Assembly: GCF_000018105.1 (NCBI RefSeq)
Contig: NC_009925.1
Location: 3,690,001 to 3,722,000 of the forward strand
DNA: 32,000 nucleotides
DNA from: Acaryochloris marina MBIC11017
GTDB taxonomy: Bacteria > Cyanobacteriota > Cyanobacteriia > Thermosynechococcales > Thermosynechococcaceae
Reading direction: 5' to 3'
Made by a program: the position numbers and the translations under genes. This document shows positions 8,707 to 16,850 of this stretch, in pieces (the stretch's first letter is position 1; every line of letters starts with the position of its first letter). The notes beneath the pieces were generated by a model. That model was not told where the DNA came from. It ran no database searches and worked only from the letters and a program-made list of their open reading frames with translations.

Positions 8707-10437
8707 CTATGGGGTGGCTAGGTCGTGGAGCAGCACCTGGAGTCGATCTTGTTCAAAAACTGTAAAACCAGGCAGGAATTGAGGCTTTTGTAAGATGGCC
8801 AGACTCTCTTCAGCTTTGGTCTGAGCAGATGTTTTATCTCCTGCAGCTAGGTGTATGGCTGCTTCGGCTCTGAGGCGTGTTGAGGGATCGATCAGAACTT
8901 TTTCTTGGATTTGGTCTAGCCATTGCTGCGCTACATCAGGATGCTGACGAATATGTGCTTCATAGTAAGCTCCTTCCAGTAACAAAGAGGCGCGAAAGAG
9001 TTCAGGATAGTAAGCATTGATTTTTAGGGCTTGATCTAAGTAATTTCCTGCTTGTTGGATGTTTCCTTGGTCTAAGGTCATGTAATAGGCCATGATCAGG
9101 CCCGAAATATGATCCATGGAATTTTCGGGCAGTGCCAATAAGCGATTTTTTAGGTCTGGATCGATATCTTTGGGACGGATACCTTGGCGTAGATAGGCGT
9201 TGAATTGATAATCGGCCAAGAACCGTTGACCAGGAATATTTCTTTTGGCTAAGTCGAGCATCCGACGACCATCGGTTGAAAAGTAACCGATTTTAATGGG
9301 GATGGTGTTGAAAATAGCCATGTGTAAGCTGATACCCGATATAAAAGTCAAATACCAAACGATGGGAGAGCTATTGGTTAAATTGGGAAATAGTACGGGA
9401 AGGGCGCCGAAACAAAATAATAACAATGAGGCAGCAGGTCCACCCATAATCATGAGAAAGAGTTGTCTGTCTAATCGATGTAGTGATGTCGGGATAGGCT
9501 CAGCAAAGCCTCCCGCCAGCTGTCGACGGCACCGACGTAATTTGAACCCCTGGTCTGTCTGAATAAGGATTAACCGTCCAATGGCGAAACGGTAGAGTTC
9601 AGAGCCATTCACCCATGAAAATAAGTAATGGCCCAATTCATGGATGAAGATTGCGAAATATTGGTAGGGATAGAAAATTCCTAGGAAAATCAATGGTTTA
9701 ACAATGGGAGGTAGTCCAGATGGAGGTACAGGTGGTAGTACCCACCACCATCCTCCCATGATGACTAGTAGGGGGAAGAGAGTGATGACATTGTCTAGCC
9801 ATGTTTTGTGATTTGGCGGGTTGTCATACTTAGATGCCGTCTCTGATGGTTGCGAGAAAATATATTTTCGCTGAGCGATATGGCGAAGAGCAAAAACTGT
9901 AATAAGGCTATAGAGTAAGCCACATACCAGACTACCTACTAGAGCAGATACACCAAACGTGGTATTCCACCACGTATTGAGATAAGTGCCTAGCAAAAAG
10001 CCTAAAAATCCTCCAGAGATTAATCCAAAACAACTTTCTACCACCCAAATCCATGCAGGCTGAAATCTTTGACGAAGAATATGCCATTGACTAAGACTAA
10101 TGAAGAGTGGGTAAAGGCCAAGAAGAAATATGGCATTTGATGGGGAGAATTGCTTTGCAATCAGAAAGTACGGTGGAATAGAGAAGATAGATCCTACAAA
10201 GCTCGACCACACCCATTTCGCAGGTATCGCAAACTTTTGACGTAGCACTAGCCATTGTGAGACTCCAACCCATAACTCCAGGAATACTACGGCAAAGCTA
10301 ATATAGCTTCCATAATTTGTTGCAGATTGTACATCCGCAAGAATAATTGGTATGCCCACACCTAGGCCATATGCCAGGCAATTGCACAGAATCCATCGCA
10401 CCCAGAATGTGCGATCTATGCTGAAGGTGGTTTGCAT
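8707..10437 (-). CDS. polytopic membrane protein: N-terminal repeated 2-TM units + M50/site-2-protease core + C-terminal TPR-like domain
   Basis: HELGH (9628..9642, in a TM segment) and a downstream FNTIPIKIGYFSTDG (NxxPxxxxDG-type) motif are the two S2P/M50 signatures. The N-terminal third contains the repeated motifs VSQWLVLRQKF and LSQWHILRQRF. The C-terminal ~170 aa is helical-repeat/TPR-like (GNIQQAGNYLDQALKINAYYPE...). Confidence 0.6.
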   Translation of the reverse strand: MQTTFSIDRTFWVRWILCNCLAYGLGVGIPIILADVQSATNYGSYISFAVVFLELWVGVSQWLVLRQKFAIPAKWVWSSFVGSIFSIPPYFLIAKQFSPSNAIFLLGLYPLFISLSQWHILRQRFQPAWIWVVESCFGLISGGFLGFLLGTYLNTWWNTTFGVSALVGSLVCGLLYSLITVFALRHIAQRKYIFSQPSETASKYDNPPNHKTWLDNVITLFPLLVIMGGWWWVLPPVPPSGLPPIVKPLIFLGIFYPYQYFAIFIHELGHYLFSWVNGSELYRFAIGRLILIQTDQGFKLRRCRRQLAGGFAEPIPTSLHRLDRQLFLMIMGGPAASLLLFCFGALPVLFPNLTNSSPIVWYLTFISGISLHMAIFNTIPIKIGYFSTDGRRMLDLAKRNIPGQRFLADYQFNAYLRQGIRPKDIDPDLKNRLLALPENSMDHISGLIMAYYMTLDQGNIQQAGNYLDQALKINAYYPELFRASLLLEGAYYEAHIRQHPDVAQQWLDQIQEKVLIDPSTRLRAEAAIHLAAGDKTSAQTKAEESLAILQKPQFLPGFTVFEQDRLQVLLHDLATP

Positions 10438-10647
10438 AAAAGTTGATGAAATTTTTTGGGGTTGAATATGGATCAGGACTGAGGATAATTGGAGCGAGAA
10501 ATGCTATCAATACCGTTGAATGTCTCGCATGAGTTTTATCCCTTCCAACCTTATGGTTCCCAAAAGCTTTTCTGGACTGGCTTCTGTCTAAAAGTACTCC
10601 ACTTGGTATGTGTTAATAGTGGATGGATGTCGATCGGTTGATAGATG

Positions 10648-12300
10648 CTAATTAGATGCAGAGGGTGGGACTTGAAAAAGGACGCTAGGACTTTGGGTTG
10701 ATGCTAACTTGCTGATGACTTCTAAAGCCGTGAAGGCAAAGGTATAGCCTTCAGGACAAGTCCAATCTTGGTAAGTTTTGGGTTGTCGTGTTGGTAAATC
10801 AGCTTTTGGGGGTCTCTTCTGACTGGGTTTTAAGCTCTCGCAATAGTTCGTGACCACGATGTTCGGTGCCGCTTTCCCGCTTCGATTTAGATTAGGGAGT
10901 TGAAATAAACTCAAGTCATCCTGAGGATTGCTGTTGGGCTGTGTTTCTGCAGAAGTAGGTTTGCTAGAGGAAGCGGGAGAAGGCCCACCCCAAGCCAGAA
11001 TGATAAAACTCCGAAGCTTTTCTGTCGTTGGTATACCAGACACTTGAAGGCCATGTTGGCCTAGTTTTGTAATTTGGAGTGTGTATTGATCTAGGGAAGG
11101 CTGGCGAGATAAGTCAGTTAAAAATTGTCCATGGGCCTGATAGTATTGGCCGCTGGCATTGGCGATAAAAATTAGGTTTTCCATCGCTTTTAATTCGGTG
11201 CTTGTAGCAGGTGTAGGTATGGGTATTGTTGGTGATGGAGATTTGGGGACTGGTGCTTGTGGGGGATTCTGTGGGGCAGGTTTTGGTGTATTTATGACGA
11301 CAGAACCAGAGGGCGAAGATGAGGTTTGAGGGAATAACTGATATAGAAAGCCCCCTAATACTAGGCTGCCTAGAAGGCCAGCACCCAAGAGTAGCCGATT
11401 GTGGCTAGGCTGTTTGAGTTTTCCAGGGGTGTAGAGGTCTACGATCGCATCTTCTACACGTCCATATCTTTGACTTAGGGCTGGGGCAATCATCTGATTC
11501 AAGACGGTCACCAACGATGGCTCAATCGTCTGGTCATAGAGCGATTCCCAAATCCAGACGCCATCACCATCCATCAGATCAAAAGGAGATAGCCCTGTGA
11601 GGAGATGGATGCACGTCACCCCTAAGCTATACAGGTCGCTGGCAAACTTAGCTTTCCCCCGAGCCTGTTCGGGGGCGATATATTCAGCGCTACCGATGCT
11701 GGTGCCCGTTTTAGCGATGGCGGTGCCCGTTAGCCGTTTGGCTGCCCCAAAATCGACGAGGACGAGCTGCTGGTCAGTGGTTCGTCGAATGATATTGGCG
11801 GGTTTGATATCACGATGGAGCAACTGATGCTGATGGATAAAGCTCAAGACTGGCAAGAGTTCAGCCAGTAGCTGTTGAACGTGTAGCGGGCTGAATCGAT
11901 CGACTTCTGCTCTTTCCTGAGCCAAGTTGTGGCCTGCGATATATTCCTGAACTAAATAAAGGGCATCATCCTGCTCAAAAGACGTGAACAGTTGAGGAAT
12001 TTGGGGATGCTGTCCCAGTTCTTGTAACAGTTGGGCTTCCTGGTGAAAGAGCGCAACAATCTTGTCTGGATCTGGGAATTGGGCGGGCCAAACCTGTTTG
12101 ATGACGCAGGCGGGATGATTGGCTTCACCTTCATCAACAGCGAGGAAGGTACGGCCAAATCCGCCTTGACCGAGGAGTTTCGTGGGGCGGTAGCGATCGC
12201 ACAAGCGTAACGATGTTTGGCACTGCTCACAAACCGTTGCAGACTCAGAATTGCTGTGATTACAAGCTGGATTTAAACAAGCGATCATTTTAATGAACAT
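10648..12300 (-). CDS. Ser/Thr protein kinase with 4-Cys N-terminal prefix, single TM, Pro-rich spacer and extracytoplasmic C-terminal domain
   Basis: CLNPACNH...CEQCQ zinc-ribbon-like prefix. Hanks motifs GQGGFGRTF, VIK, HRDIKPANI, DFGAAK, YIAPEQ. TM segment LLLGAGLLGSLVLGGFLYQLF, then PKPAPQNPPQAPVPKSPSPTIPIPTP. I tentatively recognise the C-terminal ~180 aa as the cyanobacterial pilin-like G/H type domain often fused to such kinases. Confidence 0.85.
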   Translation of the reverse strand: MFIKMIACLNPACNHSNSESATVCEQCQTSLRLCDRYRPTKLLGQGGFGRTFLAVDEGEANHPACVIKQVWPAQFPDPDKIVALFHQEAQLLQELGQHPQIPQLFTSFEQDDALYLVQEYIAGHNLAQERAEVDRFSPLHVQQLLAELLPVLSFIHQHQLLHRDIKPANIIRRTTDQQLVLVDFGAAKRLTGTAIAKTGTSIGSAEYIAPEQARGKAKFASDLYSLGVTCIHLLTGLSPFDLMDGDGVWIWESLYDQTIEPSLVTVLNQMIAPALSQRYGRVEDAIVDLYTPGKLKQPSHNRLLLGAGLLGSLVLGGFLYQLFPQTSSSPSGSVVINTPKPAPQNPPQAPVPKSPSPTIPIPTPATSTELKAMENLIFIANASGQYYQAHGQFLTDLSRQPSLDQYTLQITKLGQHGLQVSGIPTTEKLRSFIILAWGGPSPASSSKPTSAETQPNSNPQDDLSLFQLPNLNRSGKAAPNIVVTNYCESLKPSQKRPPKADLPTRQPKTYQDWTCPEGYTFAFTALEVISKLASTQSPSVLFQVPPSASN

Positions 12301-12356
12301 CCTTTCTCATCATGCCCATGGCCCGCTGATCAACGCCAAGGGATTATGCACCTAAA

Positions 12357-12388
12357 AATTAATAGGTATCTCAATAATTAATAGGTAT
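12357..12388. repeat. two exact 13-nt direct repeats AATTAATAGGTAT (12357-12369 and 12376-12388), 19-nt register
   Basis: Read directly from the sequence. They lie in the 128-nt spacer between the ilvE stop and the kinase start. On the minus strand each copy contains TATTAAT (-10-like). Confidence 0.4.
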
Positions 12389-12428
12389 TAAAGCCAGGAT
12401 GGACTATTTCAATCGAATTTATGACGTC

Positions 12429-13343
12429 TTAGTTGAGCGGAATAGGAAATACCCATTGCTGATATTGGGAGTCGCGATTTTCGGTAATGGCTGTTAATTT
12501 ATCTCTGAGCTTTTCAGTAATGGGTCGTTCGCTGGGCGTGGTGTAGTTCTCGATCCGTTTGACTGGTGTGATTTTAGCTGCTGTTCCGCTTAAAAACACT
12601 TCATCAGCAATCAGTAATTCGGACTTGTCTACCGGACGCTCGACCACGGGAATGCCTAAGTCACGCGCTAATTGCAAGACACTATCGCGAGTGATGCCTT
12701 CCAAAATATCTTGCTCAAAGCCCGGGGTAATAATTTTGCCATGGCGGACAATAAAAATATTCATGCCCGATGCTTCACTCACCTTGCCTTGAGCATTCAT
12801 CAAAATCGCTTCATCAAAGCCAGATTCTACAGCTTCTGTCTTAGCCAAAGATGAAGTGATATAGGCCCCGCTGATTTTGCCTCGCAACGGTAGGCTGTGG
12901 TCTGCTTGTCGGCACCAGGAACTGATACGACAGCTCACACCATCGGGGGAGAGATAGTCTCCCAGTTCGATGCCGTAAACGAAGAAGTTCTTTTCGATGT
13001 TGTGGAGTCGTGGGGCAATTCCTAGGTCGGAGGTATAGACAAATGGTCGGATATAGAAGGAGGTTTGAGGGCGGTTTTTTTGAACAAAGTCTTTAATAAT
13101 TTGCTCAATTTTGTCAGCCGGTAAATCGAAGTGAAGTAAGCGGGCACTCTGACTGAGGCGCTGACAGTGACGATCTAAACGAAAGAGCAGAATTTGATTG
13201 GGATTTTGTGGATCGGGGATGCCTCGCATGCCGCCAAAAGCCCCTGTCCCATAGTGAAGGGCATGGGTGGCAATGGAGATATTCGCTTCTTTGAAAGGGA
13301 CAAACTGATGTTCAAAGTAGGCAGTTGGCAAAAAATTATGCAT
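12429..13343 (-). CDS. ilvE: branched-chain amino acid aminotransferase
   Basis: MHNFLPTAYFEHQFVPFKEANISIATHALHYGTGAFGGMRG and the class IV aminotransferase core. The track start at 13355 is TTG. The ATG at 13341-13343 gives the canonical N-terminus. Confidence 0.9.
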   Translation of the reverse strand: MHNFLPTAYFEHQFVPFKEANISIATHALHYGTGAFGGMRGIPDPQNPNQILLFRLDRHCQRLSQSARLLHFDLPADKIEQIIKDFVQKNRPQTSFYIRPFVYTSDLGIAPRLHNIEKNFFVYGIELGDYLSPDGVSCRISSWCRQADHSLPLRGKISGAYITSSLAKTEAVESGFDEAILMNAQGKVSEASGMNIFIVRHGKIITPGFEQDILEGITRDSVLQLARDLGIPVVERPVDKSELLIADEVFLSGTAAKITPVKRIENYTTPSERPITEKLRDKLTAITENRDSQYQQWVFPIPLN

Positions 13344-13501
13344 AACCCAGATCAATGCTCAAACAATTTAGGTGGGACAGCATCCATTCTTCCCTCTACC
13401 ATTGGGAAATGGAACTGCCACCATCCTAATTGAGACTAACATCGATAGGCTGACACTCCTAAAGAAGCTTACAGCAATTCACTTCTAGCAGCTTCTAAGA
13501 T

Positions 13502-14758
13502 TTACCCATTGGATTGAACGGCATGGGGAGCAGTGATAGGTAGAGAGAGGGCTTTGACCTCAGCGGCATCGAGTATGGCAGCTTCACGGAGTTGTTCTCG
13601 CAAGTCTGGCATCACTGCTAAAGCCCTAGTCCAGGCCGGAATCTGTGAGTTTCTGGGATCCGTGACGTAAGCTTCGCCACCGTCCAAGATAATTTTTTCG
13701 AAGGTTTCAATGGTGACTTCTTCTTTGTGGCGATCAAAGTGCAAGCTGTTGAAACTGGCATCAATAAAATATTGATGGGCATAGTCTTGGGCCGAGCGGC
13801 GGAATTTGACTTGTAGAGCGTGAATATGATCTTTGGTCAGTACCACCTGCTCTGTTTCGGTCAGGGTGCGCAGAACGGATCCCAAAATGTCGCGGCACAT
13901 TTTTTGTAGGCCTGACTGATCAGAAGCGCCAAGTTGTTGATGCTTATGCTCAAACACGCCTAAATCAACTTGGGAAATGCGGCGGTGCGCTAGATTTCGG
14001 TAAACCTCAGACAAAAGGCCAATTTCTAGGCCCCAGTTGCCAGGGATGCGAGTTTGTAAGGCCAGATCATGGGTTAACGCAAACTCTCCCGATAAGGGAT
14101 AGCGAAACGCATGCAGGTATCGTAGATAATCTCGATCACCTAGTAACGCTGTCAGGGATGTGAGCAGCGGGGCGACAAAGAGACGGGTGACGCGGCCATA
14201 TAGGCTGCGGGGATAGTGACCTAAGCGGGCGTAGTAGGCTTTGTTAAAGGCAATCCCAAACTCCTTCTCTAACAGCGGATAGAGCAGCTTTAGTGGGTAG
14301 GACCGATCGTAGGTGGTAATGTCGGCATCGTGAAGTGCGATCGCATGGGCTTCCAAAGAGGCAACCCCTAAGCCCAACCATACTGCACGACCTTTACCCT
14401 TATATTTCAGTAAATCTAAGCCTTTTTCTTTCAGGTTTTCTAAAGTTTGGCTGATTGTCGGGCCATTTTCCCAAATGACATAGGTCTTTTGCGGGAGGAC
14501 GCTAAAAAATCGAACCGCCTGGGCATATTGCTGCAGACTATCAGCGTAGAGACAAATGACAACCGTTTGGACAAAGGCACAGTCCTTAAGATGATCGCAA
14601 ATTTGCCCTAAAGCCGGTCGTTCCAATTCCGAGTAGAGAGCCGGAATTAATACAGCGGCGGGGCTTGACTGGGTCAGTTCTGTAAGTCGGTTTTCTAAGA
14701 ACGCCAAATCACAATCAAAATCGTGAATGGTCGTGATTAAGTCTTGCTTATAGTCCAT
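13502..14758 (-). CDS. gpgS: glucosyl-3-phosphoglycerate synthase (GT-A fold glycosyltransferase)
   Basis: 418 aa with the DxD-type motif LHDADITTYD. Its overall resemblance is to cyanobacterial GpgS. The neighbouring HAD-IIB MPGP/GpgP-type phosphatase and GH13_18 phosphorylase support the assignment. Confidence 0.6.
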   Translation of the reverse strand: MDYKQDLITTIHDFDCDLAFLENRLTELTQSSPAAVLIPALYSELERPALGQICDHLKDCAFVQTVVICLYADSLQQYAQAVRFFSVLPQKTYVIWENGPTISQTLENLKEKGLDLLKYKGKGRAVWLGLGVASLEAHAIALHDADITTYDRSYPLKLLYPLLEKEFGIAFNKAYYARLGHYPRSLYGRVTRLFVAPLLTSLTALLGDRDYLRYLHAFRYPLSGEFALTHDLALQTRIPGNWGLEIGLLSEVYRNLAHRRISQVDLGVFEHKHQQLGASDQSGLQKMCRDILGSVLRTLTETEQVVLTKDHIHALQVKFRRSAQDYAHQYFIDASFNSLHFDRHKEEVTIETFEKIILDGGEAYVTDPRNSQIPAWTRALAVMPDLREQLREAAILDAAEVKALSLPITAPHAVQSNG

Positions 14759-14866
14759 GCAATGGCCTAAATACTTGAGCGGTAGTACTTAAATAAATAC
14801 ATTGTTAAATTTTCGGTGGTATGTCAATGTTACCTTTGCTACAAAATTTTTAATATCTATTCTTGC

Positions 14867-14908
14867 AAAATAGCGTACATCGCTGACACCAGGTGTATTG
14901 AAAGATAC
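14867..14908 (-). promoter_or_regulatory. candidate NtcA-activated promoter of gpgS: GTA-N8-TAC, N22, TAN3T
   Basis: The minus strand reads GTATCTTTCAATAC (14908->14895), then exactly 22 nt, then TATTTT (14872->14867). This is ~100 nt upstream of the gpgS ATG. Confidence 0.5.
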
Positions 14909-15038
14909 TCGCTCCTTCTCACTTAGCTCAACCCAGGGCTAGAGTTAAAAATTGATTAATACGATACAATTAGCGGTTCTCATTTGGATCAGGCTAGCTC
15001 CATAGTTCCCAGCCGTCACAAAAATTGCCTATTTTGGG

Positions 15039-16850
15039 ATGCCCATGATTGATCGAGCCCAACAGCATCAAGCCTTCACCATCAAAGTGAAAGCCCTGCT
15101 GGAAAGAATTTATGGTCCAGATTCCCTAGAACCATTACTCGAACAGCTTTTCGAACTGTTACAACCCCATTTCGCGGATTCCATCTCTGAGAACTTGTAT
15201 AAGTGGAGTCAAGACAACATTCTGTTGATTACCTATGGAGATACCATTTGCTCGCAGAATGGTAACCCTCCTTTGGGCACATTACATCACTTCCTTAAGA
15301 CCTATCTGCAGGATGTGGTGACTGGGGTGCATATCTTACCGTTTTGTCCCTTCAGTTCTGATGATGGTTTTTCGGTTATCGACTATAAGGCTGTTAATCA
15401 TGAACTAGGCACTTGGGAAGATATTCAGCAGATTGCTCAGTCCTTTGAACTCATGGCTGACTTGGTGCTTAACCATGTTTCTAGCCAAAGCCAATGGTTT
15501 CAGAATTATTTGCAGGGTATTGAACCGGGGCGCGACTATTTTGTCGAAGTCGATCCGGAGATAGATGTCTCTAGCGTCGTCCGACCTCGGAGTTCTCCTT
15601 TACTAGTCGAAGTAGAGACTCTAGCAGGTCCCAAGTATGTTTGGGCGACATTTAGTGCCGATCAAATTGACTTAGATTTTTCGAATCCTCAGGTTCTCCT
15701 CGAATTTACTAAAATTCTGCTGTTTTATGTGCAAATGGGTGCCAAGTATATTCGTTTGGATGCCATTGGTTACTTATGGAAGCGGTTAGGGACCTCCTGT
15801 ATTCATTTACCTGAAACCCATGCCATGGTGCGATTGTTTCGGGAAATTCTGGAAATGGTGGATCCATCGGTGGCGCTGATCACTGAAACCAATGTGCCCA
15901 ACCGTGAAAACCTCAGCTACTTTGGCAATCGCAACGAAGCCCATTTAATCTACAATTTCAGCTTGCCGCCCCTGATATTGAACGCGTTGCTTCAGGGTAA
16001 GGCTGAGCATTTAAAGACCTGGATGATGAGTATGCCCCCAGCTCCTCTGGGATGTGCCTACTTCAACTTTACGGCCTCCCATGATGGTATTGGTTTACGA
16101 CCGACGGAAGGCCTTTTAACTGAAACTGAATATCAAACGCTCCTCCAATGTATGGAAGACTTTGGTGGCACCCTCAGTATGCGCACCAATGCTGAAGGCA
16201 TTGATTCACCCTATGAAATTAATATTTCCTTCTTCGATGCTCTGCAAGGCACGGCCAAAGGCAAGGATCAATGGCAGATAGAACGCTTTATCTGCTCCCA
16301 AACGATCATGATGTCTTTGGAAGGAATCCCAGCCTTTTATATTCATAGTTTGTTGGCTACCCATAATGATTGGGAGAATGTCCATCGTACAGGGCGCAAG
16401 CGGTCCATTAATCGCCATCAATGGTCTCTCCCTGCTTTAGAACAGCAGTTAGAGGATGAACAATCTCCCCATGCAATTGTCCTGAAAGAGTTGACTCGGC
16501 TCATCAAAATTCGCCGCCAACAAGATGCCTTTCATCCCAACGCTACCCAATACACCCTGCATTTGCCCAATAAAGCGTTATTTGCTTTTTGGCGACAAAG
16601 TATGGCCCGAGATCAGAGCATTTTTTCAATTCATAATCTCAGCGATCGTAAACAGAAACTGAAGCTCTCGGACCTGAACCTAGTCACCATTGATCCCTGG
16701 TATGACCTGATTAGCGGGGCTTGTATTCGAGGCATTTATGACACTTTGCTCTTGAACCCCTATCAATCCCTATGGATTACGAATAAGTTTGAAGGTCTAG
16801 AAGCCGATGGGCAAACCTGTCACTTAGAAGTCGAAGGAGACGATGACTAA
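15039..16850 (+). CDS. sucrose-phosphorylase-family (GH13_18) sugar phosphorylase, candidate glucosylglycerate phosphorylase
   Basis: GH13 catalytic motifs YIRLDAIGYLWK (nucleophile Asp), ITETNVP (acid/base Glu) and FTASHDGIGLRP (SPase-family signature). 603 aa. The specificity is inferred only from context with gpgS/gpgP. Confidence 0.7.
   Translation: MPMIDRAQQHQAFTIKVKALLERIYGPDSLEPLLEQLFELLQPHFADSISENLYKWSQDNILLITYGDTICSQNGNPPLGTLHHFLKTYLQDVVTGVHILPFCPFSSDDGFSVIDYKAVNHELGTWEDIQQIAQSFELMADLVLNHVSSQSQWFQNYLQGIEPGRDYFVEVDPEIDVSSVVRPRSSPLLVEVETLAGPKYVWATFSADQIDLDFSNPQVLLEFTKILLFYVQMGAKYIRLDAIGYLWKRLGTSCIHLPETHAMVRLFREILEMVDPSVALITETNVPNRENLSYFGNRNEAHLIYNFSLPPLILNALLQGKAEHLKTWMMSMPPAPLGCAYFNFTASHDGIGLRPTEGLLTETEYQTLLQCMEDFGGTLSMRTNAEGIDSPYEINISFFDALQGTAKGKDQWQIERFICSQTIMMSLEGIPAFYIHSLLATHNDWENVHRTGRKRSINRHQWSLPALEQQLEDEQSPHAIVLKELTRLIKIRRQQDAFHPNATQYTLHLPNKALFAFWRQSMARDQSIFSIHNLSDRKQKLKLSDLNLVTIDPWYDLISGACIRGIYDTLLLNPYQSLWITNKFEGLEADGQTCHLEVEGDDD

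Noticed and set aside
7011-13343. Idea that cimA and ilvE (both in the isoleucine/BCAA pathway) form a functional cluster with the intervening kinase and protease
   Set aside because: The genes are on opposite strands and separated by two unrelated genes. The adjacency of two housekeeping genes at 4 kb is likely coincidental.
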